Source of the DNA: Balanoglossus misakiensis
Lineage: Eukaryota > Animalia > Hemichordata
Direction: 5' to 3'
Assembly: GCA_040954595.2 (NCBI GenBank)
Contig: CM082584.2
Coordinates: forward strand, 13,757,337-13,821,336
Length of the DNA stretch: 64,000 bases
A program made the translations under genes and the position numbers. Position 1 is the first letter of the stretch; each line of letters begins with the position of its first letter. Under the pieces are notes generated by a model, which ran no database searches, had not been told where the DNA came from, and saw nothing but the letters and a program-made list of their open reading frames with translations. Shown piece after piece: positions 53,301 through 64,000 of this stretch.

Positions 53301-56300
53301 TGCACATATGTTTCCTGAGTTTGGAGTTTGGAGTCATGACCCCCGCTGTATTTTCATCCCATGTTATAAACTCCCGTCTGCATAAATGTGTGTGTTTTTC
53401 GACCTCAGCGCGCGGCTCATCAAAGGGAGACCCTAACATTTCATTAGAGTTTGGTTTTGATCATAGAACACATGTTGACTTGTATTGCTGTTATTAATGC
53501 ATAAAGTGGCTCTGGGAATCAAGGGGTTGAATGTACACATACACATGTCTGTTGTGCAAACAGAATTTGAACAGGGAAACTTATCTCTAGAATTTTTCTT
53601 TAAGCGCATGATTTTTGGTTGGCATTTAACATCATTGCGGCAGCTTTCTTCCAATAGTTAATCAGTCTCTTTCATTTGATTCATCGTAAAGCAAGATAGT
53701 TTTAGACAGCGACACACACACACAAAAGATACAGAAAAAATGATACATACTTGACCTAATGAATACCTCCAGTTAGAAATATTCAAAACCTGCAATGTAG
53801 GTTTCAAGTTGAGGTTGAATTCACAAAAATGAAAAAGTATATTTCCCTCACAGTCCAGTCAGGAATTATGGAAAGATAACAGTTTAACATGTCAAGGGTC
53901 TGAAGATCTCAAACTTCTACTGGTATTAAAGAGCCTGAATGCAATTTTCTTGAGAACACCAGTTAGTCACGAAGAGTCAACAAGCCGGGGAGTAAGATTG
54001 CTGCTCCGGAGACTAACATTTGACTAATTTCATTGCAAAAGTTCAAGTATCTGACTTATTGTCATTTAAATTGCCAATCTGAGCTGTGTGATTGAAGTAT
54101 GCAGTTGACTTGACTCGGGCCAAATGAGAAAGCCCCTGCGCCTGCCACCGTTGGCAGAGCACAATTATTGTGAATATATTTTAAATCGAACAGAAAACAT
54201 TGAATTTTCACTCCAGCAGTGTCCTTGCCATGTTGTTTTGCACAACGGCGAATTTTCCGCCCTAAACAATCACATTCATCCACAGGAATGTGACCAGGTC
54301 GTTGACGTGTAGATTAGATCGCGGAATTTCACTAGCTTTCGTGGGTGAAGCATACGGTGGCATTGTGTCCCGTGTAAAAGGCAAATGCAGATAACATGGC
54401 ACTTCAAACGCTGCCGACAGACCAAATAGAGGAAATACATCTGATAAAATTTGAAACGTGCTTATGGATACGCCAGTGAAACCATCTTGATTTGAGAGTA
54501 TACTTCATTTGAGAAAATTAAATTTTTAATCCAGTAATACATGCCTTGTCAATCACGCCTTAGACAAGATATAATAATTGATTTTATTTTTAGAATGAGT
54601 TTTAAAGGATTAATTTTGAGTCGGTTCTGTGCGCCGAATTCCAATGTGGTTTAAGAGACTTGTGAAGTTCCTGTAGCATGATAGTGGAGACCGGTTCTGC
54701 AAAAAGTTTCTTGTTTTTGTCATAAAAAATGAGATCGCGTAACCATGAAAAAAAGATGGACATCATACTCACCTATGGAGTTATTTTAAATTCGCTTCTT
54801 TGGAAAGTCTCATAGATGGAAAATATGCATGGGGGTAGTGTGTGCTTTTAATTTAATTTTAATTTGAAATGGTTTTGACAAGGATTCAGGTAAGGCAGTC
54901 TTGTTCCAATGCTATAAGTATAAGATACTACAAATGTGTATAGAGTATGTGTGCATAGTTGCTCAGTCATATTGACAAGTACAGGGAGCCTAGATTCTAA
55001 GGTAGTGTGAACATGTACAGAGAAATAATTTGTCAGCCAATAAAGGAATTGTATAAAGTTTTATTCACAGGATTTGAGTGTGACAATTTGGCTATTTTTG
55101 TATCATTTTTTTGTGAGAGACTTTTTTGCAAAGAATCAATGGATGCAGTTCTCCACATAATGCAAAAATAATTTTTATACCTAGAATAAATAATGAACAA
55201 CTGCAGAAATTGTCAGTTTTTTTGTATTCTGTGTGATTGTCAACAATTTCTCTGCCTCATCCATTCTGATGGTTTTGTCGGAAGCTTTTGTTCATTGAAT
55301 GTTTTGGCAGACATCCAGGTTGGACATCTGAGTCGAGAAAGACAAGAAGTCAAAGTGTAAAACTGGCATTCAGAAACTCAAGGACAGCCTTCAGACGTTC
55401 AAATTGTGATTATTATTAACGTTGACAAGCCGTATAGAGTTAATTGAATTTTTTGCCGCAAATGCAAGAGAGAGTAGCAAAGTTATGAAAAAAGGGGAGA
55501 GAATAGTGGAATTAGCAATGAATGGAGGAGTTTGAAATGCCGTAGAGATTAGACCTTATTTAGCTATTGACCTGACTGTGCATTGGTGCCAAATCATATT
55601 GTAAAGGGTAATTAACCTAGTGTTTGCATTCAGTGATTAACTCTTTTGGTTTCGTTTTGACCTTTGATGCACGGCAGAATGATCTTGTGTCCAGTTCTGC
55701 TTCCATCTAGGCGTACTTGGAGTTAAAAAAAGAAACTATTATAAAGGAAAACATTTTCAGTCAAAGTCAAACACTCCTGGGAGACAAAAAGAGAGAAAAG
55801 AGCAATTTCAGTTTCGTTTATCGACATAAAGTGTGTGAGGCTTTGTCCCCTGTGTTGTTTACTGGTTTGAGCTTTTGCATGTGCATGCTGTTTCTGTTGT
55901 TTGAGATTCATGCATTGATGCATGGTGCCCATTCTTGCAACACACACACATTCACAAGACACACTGCATGGTGAAATGTAGACGCAAGAGAGATCTGTGT
56001 AGCGGAAATGTACTCTTTGGAGTTGAACACAGAAACGGTGATGGACGGGTGCAATCGCGAAATTATATGTAATGCATTTCCTGAGCGGAGTGGCTCTTCT
56101 GTCACCAGCTTTGGGTTCAAAAGTTTCCTGGATCAGGGCAGCGTCGTCGCTTCTGTTTAATACAGCACTCTCTTTTGTTCTTTTACACAATGCAAATACT
56201 GAGAAACACCAGTGAGACACATTGGTATTGTTGTCTGAAATGAAGTGCGAAAAAAGGCTTTTGGTGTTTGTGGTATTGCCATTGAAAATGACCTTGATGT

Positions 56301-57143
56301 TTTTTGTTCCTGCACAGACCCCACGTGAGCATCTTGTAATTCATTGCTTTGTATTCTGAAAGACAGAAATTAGCGGGGATGGTGTCATAGGGTGGAGAGT
56401 GGATATTGATTTTTTAAGACTACTAAAAAAAATGGTTCATTTGCTTGCAGACAGCAGAGGCAACTAAAACTGTTTTCCTAGTCTACTGTGAATATATCTG
56501 ACCAACTTAACGTGTAAGCCAAAAAACATCATATAGTGATGTGGATTATTATCAAAATGATGAACCCCCTAACTTGTCCAATAATGATATCGAGAAAATT
56601 TGACATTTGTGGGAAAAAGACAAGAAATATGACATTATATGTATATATATATATATGCTTCTTTTTGTTTGTGTAGTTCAAGAGAAAACCACTGTATACT
56701 TACCAATTGACCCATTTTTACAAAAGATAAGCCCTATCAGATCAGCTAGGGAACTACCATAGAGTATGTGATAAGAAGATGAGTTAGCACAAGGTGTGAA
56801 GAACTTCAAGAAGAAGGGCGGCAACAAGGATATCAGAGGAGGTGCTCCTCAAGTTGTGATGAGCCACAGTGTTGAGAGGATGGGGGAGGGGTTGTTAGGA
56901 ATTGCCCTCTTGTTGTAACAATTCATACTGCTGTCTTTGGAGAAGGCTTGAGTTTCAAGGCAGTCTGTTGGTATAGCAACAATTCACAAGATCTCATTGA
57001 GTTGGTGTGATGATGGTTTCACACCATGGAGGTTGGGAGGTGAGAGAAGAGAGAGAGGTGTCCTTCACTAATGAGTTGTATCAACTCTTATCAAGGTTAT
57101 CCTTGCAAGCCATTTGGCCATAAACAAAAGTCTAGCCAGGAGT

Positions 57144-57161
57144 GGGGGGGGGGGGGGGGGG
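57144..57161 (+). repeat. poly-G tract (G18)
   Basis: Direct reading of the sequence. Confidence 0.95.
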
Positions 57162-59029
57162 TGAAGATGAATAGGAGGAAAAAACAAACTTCCTCTAGTG
57201 TCATGTTTTGCATTTCATATAAGATGTACATTTGTACCTGTGTTATTTGCACACGATATTGGTCATGATTTCACACCCACATTGCCTTTCTTCTGTTCTG
57301 CGGTCAATTTACAGCCCAGATTGCACATATTAAAACGTGTATACGTTTGTTCAATCTGTCTGTTTCAATTTGAGCGTCTCTGTAATGGCTGTCCTGCCCT
57401 TTCTGTACATTGAACATTTTAGAGAATCATTGTCATTTGAGAGATTCTCTTTTGCTATTAGAGTGGACCATCTGGCACAGGGTCAAAAACACATTTGTCA
57501 GGAATTAGATCGGTTGCTTGACACGTTGTCCTGGCTATTATGTGTGATGATCGTTCTCAAATGCAAAGTATTGTTGATTTCTGTTATTAGGGGTGTCATT
57601 AGACAGTCTTGTTTTAAATGGTGGATTCCTTTCACTATCCATGTCATTGTATGCGATTCCATCGACAGATGATGCAATTTTGGGATTTCTGTTCTTGGAT
57701 ATTTGGTCAATTTCCAGTCCTCTCTTTTTCTGAAAATGTGATTGGTCGACAGTAGCTTTAAGACTGGTCATGTGACACCGCTAAAAGAATTAAATGGCCT
57801 CAAATATCGATGATGCCACCTGAATCCCTTTTCCCCAATATTTCAAGTAAATTATCTCACTGGGAGTTGATGGCACTTTCTATTTTTAAAAGGGAGTTTA
57901 ACCTCGGAGTCCCACCTTCCTGCTCCTCTCATGGGGGTCAGCTCCTTCCCGAAGTCGTGGGGAAATTTATTGTTTCTTTAAGACATTTCTGTGTGACTAT
58001 TTGAAAAGGTTTTGAGTTCAAAGACGTGCCAAGAAGGGGGATTTTGGACGTACTTTTCACCAAGTGATTAATACTCACACTGGTGATTTACGATGTAATG
58101 TACACACCTTAGGTGAGTACCTTTAGGGGATCTGTTGATGATGATTGTGCTTCTTCTTGTTATTGCAAGCGTCTTCTCCCTGTCTTGATGAAGCTGGCTG
58201 TTTCTTCAAGATGACACTAATTCTTCTGATCTGAGGCTTTGGCGTTGGGATAGAGCCATATCTTGGTCGCCACAAGCAGCATTTTGGGCATCAAAATCCC
58301 CACAGGTGGGGTTCTGGTGTCCAAGCCTGCCAGATCAGGATGACAGGGAAAAGTTGATCGGATTAGATTTGGTTTGAAGGGATCCTAATCTAATTGACTG
58401 TGAAAACAGTCTTTTTGACCAGTCAGGTACTCCTTTGATCTGATAGTTAGCATACTGTATTCGCCAAGGGAAATCCCGGCCTTTTTACTTCCTCTAATTA
58501 GACGTGTACACCTTGCAATTGACTTTGATAAAATCAAGCAAGTCCCAAATGATGTAAAGTAACAAGAACGCCAGGTCTATAGTCTCCAAGAATAATTTCC
58601 CCATCAACAGATAAATTCATAAAGGTGTCTGCCGAGAGAATCTCTCTTGATTTCCCACAAATTGATGTCGGGACTTTTTTCCCCTCCCAGCTGGTGCATA
58701 TCATACATAGAAAGAGAGAAAATATGTTTACAACTGTCAGTGGATGCAGACGTCTGCAGAATGCAGTACCCGGAGACAGACTTGGTTTGACGACAACGTG
58801 GGTTCCATTTACCGCTAAGCTACAGGATGGCGCCTGTGTTTAGCCACGCTTCATTTGCTACAGTTTCCCCTGATGGTATCTCGGTAGCCCTCAGAAGAAA
58901 CTGCCTCTGCATACAAATTAGTATATTATCCAGGTTTTTTCCCCCACTTCTTTCGTCTCTCCCATCAGCAAAGTGCCTGAGATGATCTCTCGATTTCCTT
59001 CTAGCCCTATAACTCCCCTCTCCCTCCCT

Positions 59030-59110
59030 CCCCCATAGCTCTATTTATAGGCCCAACCTGGCCATTGGGAACAATAGGTTCATACCAACAGACGCAGCTA
59101 AAAGGGTTGA
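59030..59110 (-). mobile_element. Degenerate copy of the 23226-23310 piggyBac-like MITE
   Basis: ccaacctggccattgggaacaatagg...aaaagggttga aligns by eye with the reverse complement of the 23.2-kb element (ccaagctcgcaattgaaaacaatggg...aacagggttaa). Confidence 0.4.
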
Positions 59111-62100
59111 CCTACAGTTCACCCTATATATAGGTGACTAGTAGAACCCACCTCACAGCGATTTCTACGATGGATGAGCTGAGTCACAGGAAATTAGGGA
59201 TTGCAAGGTTAATTTTTATCCCAGAGATAAAAATATATCATGATCAAGATCATTTTTTTTCACAAAGAGGTCAAACCATTCTGCAATCAGTTTCAGTGGT
59301 TCTTGCTCTCTGTGTAACCTGTGTGTGCTGTTCATATTTCTGTTCTATGAAAATAGCATTTTTGTTAGTGTAGGAAATTATGCAAATCTGGAAAGCAAAA
59401 TAAAAAAAAGAAAGGGAATAACTTGATATTCTCGCTGAAGGCATTTGCTCTGCCGACATCTGCAGCTTACAAAAATAAAAAAAATATCATGCACCATCCA
59501 GTGGAGTTTTATTAAAGTCATCTTTCTGAACAAGATGTTTGCACTAAAACTTCTCCTGGTAAAATGTAACAATATGCTGATATGCATAAAAGTGTAACAA
59601 TGTTTAATTTGATGTTTCCAGTAGTGATGTAGCCAATCAACTTCAGAGCATTGTGATGGTATTGTCAGCATATGGATTGGACCTGTAAAATGTAGGCCAT
59701 GTACGCTCACTGAAACTGTGAACTTTGTGTTTCAAAATGGATTTTCTTTGGAATGTTGTGGATCAATCAAAACCCATTTTTCTTTCGGTGTCATGTAACG
59801 TAGCAGTGGAGACATGATGTCCAAGGATATCCATTGAAAGAACCGGAAGAGCCTCAACAATTTTTCCCTACCGCCTCCGTGCTCATGCTCTTGCGTGACC
59901 TGGTGTCCCCAGCAACAATGGTTACAAGAAATGTATCGTTGGCTGGAGTGGTACATGTGTATCGTAACACAAGATTGCTACTCTATCTATTGACGGGCTG
60001 TAATGCACAACATTATAATGATGTTTGCCGAGATGGTGTTTGGTGTCAGCTTACTGTCAACTGTGGCAACTTCGTCTATGTAAATCGATTGCAAGACTGT
60101 GTTAGGATATCTTTCTGTTTTCCTGAGGGTGAACTGTATTGTGTTTGAACTTTACACAACGGAAGTGAAGCACATTTTCCTCAGACGAGAAATTTAAGGT
60201 ACAGAGTTGCTAACTTGTGATATTCTTTTGTTATTATACATGAATATTTCCATCATTTAATTTTTGGTCAGTACCCAAAAATAGCATGTTTGCGTACATT
60301 CAACTCAGGGAAATATGCTTCATAAACACCAGCAGCAAAAAGAAAAAAACGTAAAATAAGGATGTTAACAAAAGACTGCTATATTAAGCAAATTAGAACA
60401 ACAGTCATGTTTTAAAATTGAGTTGAAAATTTGAGTACTACTTACTCAGAAGCATTTGAGCAGGAAATTAGTATCCCCTTCTGCTATACTATTAGTATTG
60501 GAGCAGCTAGCCTACATAATTGAAACTCCATGTTGAGTACCCTTGTTAAGTACAACAATGGAAGCTTGTTTTGTTTTTTAAATTATGTTACATATAAGTG
60601 AATCTTAGTATACTGTAATGAAGTAAACATTAACAGATGAAAAGCAGAACAGCAGACAGGCAAGATTGCAACGGGATATTCAATAAAAACATTTTAGTCC
60701 AGCTGTCCTCTCGCCGAGCACACATGCAATCAGTCCATAAGCCTGCATGGAAGACGAGAGGGGCTGTTGCCCTATAAATGTACCACCACCAATAGCTGTG
60801 GTGTAGCGTGCAAGAGACAACCACGTGCTTCTTTCAATTGACTGAAGTGTCTTTTAAAGACAAGCTGATTTCAATTCAATGTTATAGTTGAACACGCATG
60901 ACAGTGCGTCTTCCAGGCATTCTAAAATGTAAACATTGTCTGCATTTTTAGTTGTTCTTGTAAAAGGGTTGGGATTTCTTGAAAATAGTGTGTGTGCACG
61001 ATTTTGCAACACAGAATGGACAAAAATCATCATAGTTTGATGCTAAAAATGTACCATTATTCTCGAAATCACCGTCATTAACTGCAGCAGATTTGAAGCT
61101 TTGTGCGTGCCATTCAAAGGCGTATTGTAGCCGGTGGAAGTCATCTTGATTCGCCGCCTAATTCCATCCATTCTTGCCCTTTCCCATTAAATTTGAGTTC
61201 ATTTGAAATCTGTAATTGCTGTTAAAAATCTCGCTTGTGTCAGGGGTGACAGTTGCCTCATCAAGCATGCAATTTACTCAAGCACCACAACAATTTAAAG
61301 CCGCAGTGACAATTTAAAGCTCCAATCACTATTCACTGAGCCGTTACCGCCTTGTGGAGAAGCGGCAAGCCTAAAAATTCAATCAATACAGGCTGAAAGT
61401 TTGCTTTTTTATATTGTGGTGTTGTGTTTCATTCACAGCTGCAATGTAATTACAGAATTAGAAAAATATAAAAAACTGTCGCCATGATAAAGCAGCTTCA
61501 GAACGGAGCATGATTTTTGTTCCAGATCACCTTAATTCTGGCATTCATTCGGTGATAAATGTTTAAACAAAGCTGTAATTTTGAACAAGACGTTGAAGCA
61601 GATTGTGCTACGGTGCAGAAAATATCGAAGGGCAGCCGGACAAAAGGGAGATTTGACGAGAAACGCGAGGTGACGGAGGGCGTTGAATTTTTATGATTTA
61701 CATTTTATACTTGAATTACCCAGCCCAAATAGAGTGTAATGGCTTGGAAACACGGGTCATCAAACAATGCAGAGATGAACACTTCTAAAACACACGAGAG
61801 ATAGTTATTAATATTCCACGGACATAATCATTGCCATCATGTGTCTTTTCAGACAAATAAAGTATTTTTAGTCGGATGCCAGGAAAGCTGCCATTCCATT
61901 ACTTGGTTGTAATTGGTCATGTCAGCTGTCGGGCCAATTTCAACTTGTGCCTCCTGTGTCGTTCTAGATCTCTGATCTCACGCGATCAGCGTTTCGTTTT
62001 GATTTTTCTCAATAAATACATTGTCATATCTGCTCGCATTTCACGTATATGTCGTTCACCGCGGTTGCGCCCTGCAAGCGTGTACTTGCGATTCTAAATG

Positions 62101-62508
62101 TTCAAAAGAATTTTTTTTATAAAGAACATCTCAACTCAAGGTTACATTCTGTGATTTTTAGCATGAACTCCACATTACCCCTGTTTGTATGTGGAATGGT
62201 CGGATCACTGAGTGTAAACAATAGGTTCATTCCAAGAGTCTGTGGTTTAATTGATTACCGTCCCTCTGGACTTGGTCTTCAGATAGTAACACTAGAAAAT
62301 ATCCAGGAGTTTCAATGGTGCATGATGAAACAATTCAGAGTCTGCTGAGTCACATGACAGTATTTTTTAGTTTTTTTTTTCTCTGTGGAAATAAACTCAT
62401 GTCGTACGTCAAATTAGGGCCATGGTTAACGCTCACGATAAACAAAAGTAAATTTCATTCAACCTCACACTCCTCCCCCACCCCGAAATGATACTTGGGA
62501 AGTACATA

Positions 62509-62687
62509 CAGTCAAACCTGTGTTAGTGACCACCTCTATATAGTGACCACCTCTATATAGTGGCCACTTAGTTACAGTCCCTGTACAATTTACATGTGTA
62601 TAAATTAACCTGTCTATAAAGACCACCTGTCTATAAAGGCCAGTTTGGTAAAGTCCCTTGACTGGTCACTATAGACAGGTTTGACTG
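62509..62687. mobile_element. 179-bp Tc1/mariner-pogo (Tigger)-type MITE with TA target duplication
   Basis: TA at 62507-62508 and 62688-62689. TIRs: CAGTCAAACCTGTGT-TAGTGACCA versus CAGTCAAACCTGTCTATAGTGACCA (reverse complement of right end). Internal 17-bp direct repeats derive from the TIR (acctctatatagtgacc-type and acctgtctataaagacc-type, each tandemly duplicated). Confidence 0.9.
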
Positions 62688-62769
62688 TAGTATGAAAATA
62701 TGATGGAAAATCCACAGACTAGTTAGTAGTTTTACAGAGCTCCACAGCCAGAAATGCAGTTCACAGTAT

Positions 62770-63073
62770 ACACATGATGACTGACAATGAGGGCAACAGT
62801 GTATTTTGATGACCGAGGGTGCTGCTAGTCACAACTAAAACAGTCTTGTTTTCCCGAGGGCATAGCCCAAGGGAAAACAGACTGTTTTGGTGTGACTGGC
62901 AGTCCCGAGGTCATTAAAAATACACTGTTGCCCGAATATGTCAGCCATCATGTGTTTTATAACACACCAAACCGATCGAATTGATGCCCAAGGCAACAGT
63001 TCGAAATGACTAAGGTCACGTGACGTCGTATTGACGAATCACGATCGAGGGTTCGCTGCATGGTGTGTTATAA
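62770..63073. repeat. Double-palindrome interspersed element (long ~186-bp hairpin followed by a module bounded by a 13-bp inverted repeat), class uncertain
   Basis: 62770-62955 is an imperfect palindrome centred on cccgagggcatagcccaaggg. It is followed immediately by TTATAACACACCA (62957-62969) ... TGGTGTGTTATAA (63061-63073). Confidence 0.8.
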
Positions 63074-63960
63074 TATCAATTAGGCATTATTTAATAAAAA
63101 AGCAGAAATATCAGTAGGCACAAAAATCTAACCAACGCATGCATCATGCATGATTGATATTGCCTCTATTTTTTTCTGTCTGTCTGTCTATCAGGATTTA
63201 TTTACTCAGAAATTTATGCTAAATAGTCATCCTTTAAACCTGGCATAATTAGGCAAAGTACAATGATACACAATATGCACATCAATTTGTTTTGTGGTAC
63301 AAGACAATGTGGTAACCAGGTGGCCATATTGTTACATTTTTTTTTTCCCATATGGATAGCTAATGTTTTCTCCCTGGGCAACTCTATGAACATCGTTCAT
63401 ATGAACAGTTTACAATATTTTATTCACCAAGTTGGTCACTATTGTCCTGCAGTTAGTCAACTCAAGTGAATAAAACACAATGTACAAGCTCATAAAATAG
63501 GCGTAAAAGCTCTCTATCAGAGGAAAGGCCTATTGCCTTTGCCCGGCCGTAAAATATAAATCGTCCATATAGTGGGACTTGGGAATGAAAACGACTCCTG
63601 TTGTAAAATGTTATCGCCGTGCACACTAGGACGTGCAAGAAGGTAGACATTGTAATTTACTGTCAGAGGGCAGCAAGTCAAACTTAGATAGAGCTAGCAA
63701 TTACACGATCTCAGATGTATTTTTGCAGAGAAAACAACAAAAGTCACTTCAGACTGTCTGTATCTTCACATTTTAAGACCTTGCTTTCAAAATTGATGTT
63801 TATCAAATTATTTCTTCCATAAATCACCCTTTTTTATTGATACATTTTCTCTCTTGTAATCTAAATGAACCCCCTTGTCTGCACCGGTATGTCATAAATG
63901 AATGGTGTTTGTAGAATGAACTCAAGGGGGCGACATACTATGAATTTTAGGGGAGATCTA

Positions 63961-63980
63961 GAGAGAGAGAGAGAGAGAGA
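63961..63980 (+). repeat. (GA)10 microsatellite
   Basis: Direct reading of the sequence. Confidence 0.95.
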
Positions 63981-64000
63981 AATATTCTAGTAAAGGGAGA

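Larger units (their letters stand above)
44279..64000 (+). other. ERBIN: Partial Erbin/LRRC7-like gene span: join(44298..44459,47764..47881,50321..50399), introns of 3304 bp, 2439 bp and >13.6 kb; continues beyond the window
   Basis: Three phase-compatible exons give a 359-nt open frame. I found no downstream exon encoding the expected next LRR (an LPxGFxxL-like segment) by eye in 50400-64000. Confidence 0.85.

Noticed and set aside
52381-56340. Acceptor-like sites at ~52403 and ~56317 as candidates for exon 4
   Set aside because: In the phase-2 frame required by exon 3, both reach a stop within a few codons and do not encode the expected LRR.
56780-56920. Purine-rich, coding-like stretch (AQGVKNFKKKGGNKDIRGG...) as a possible exon 4
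   Set aside because: Not LRR-like, lacks a polypyrimidine acceptor and ends in a stop.
62509-62640. Short direct repeats resembling a CRISPR array
   Set aside because: The repeats are tandem with no unique spacers, lie inside a TIR element, and there are no cas genes in this eukaryotic context.

Overview
This is AT-rich eukaryotic (animal) genomic DNA and almost entirely non-coding; nearly all ORFs in the supplied track are spurious. The only convincing protein-coding signal is the 5' part of a + strand, intron-containing LAP-family (LRR-and-PDZ) gene of the Erbin/Densin-180 (LRRC7) type. It has three coding exons (44298-44459, 47764-47881, 50321-50399) with canonical GT-AG sites and compatible phases, giving 119 aa of N-terminal LRR region. 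I could not find the next exon, so the gene appears to continue past base 64000. A candidate promoter (two CCAAT boxes plus a ZNF143/THAP11-type motif) lies near 14.0-14.1 kb and may drive a non-coding first exon about 29 kb upstream. The rest contains non-autonomous DNA-transposon derivatives: Kolobok/T2-type TTAA MITEs (including a young-looking 619-bp foldback element), piggyBac-like TTAA MITEs, a TA-flanked pogo/Tc1-type MITE, and a double-palindrome element of unclear class. There are also simple repeats, several RFX X-box-like motifs and a marked excess of TACATGTA. The repeat style suggests a marine invertebrate deuterostome such as a hemichordate (inference only). I found no prokaryotic-type system, CRISPR array, rRNA or tRNA, and no evidence of a new multi-gene system.
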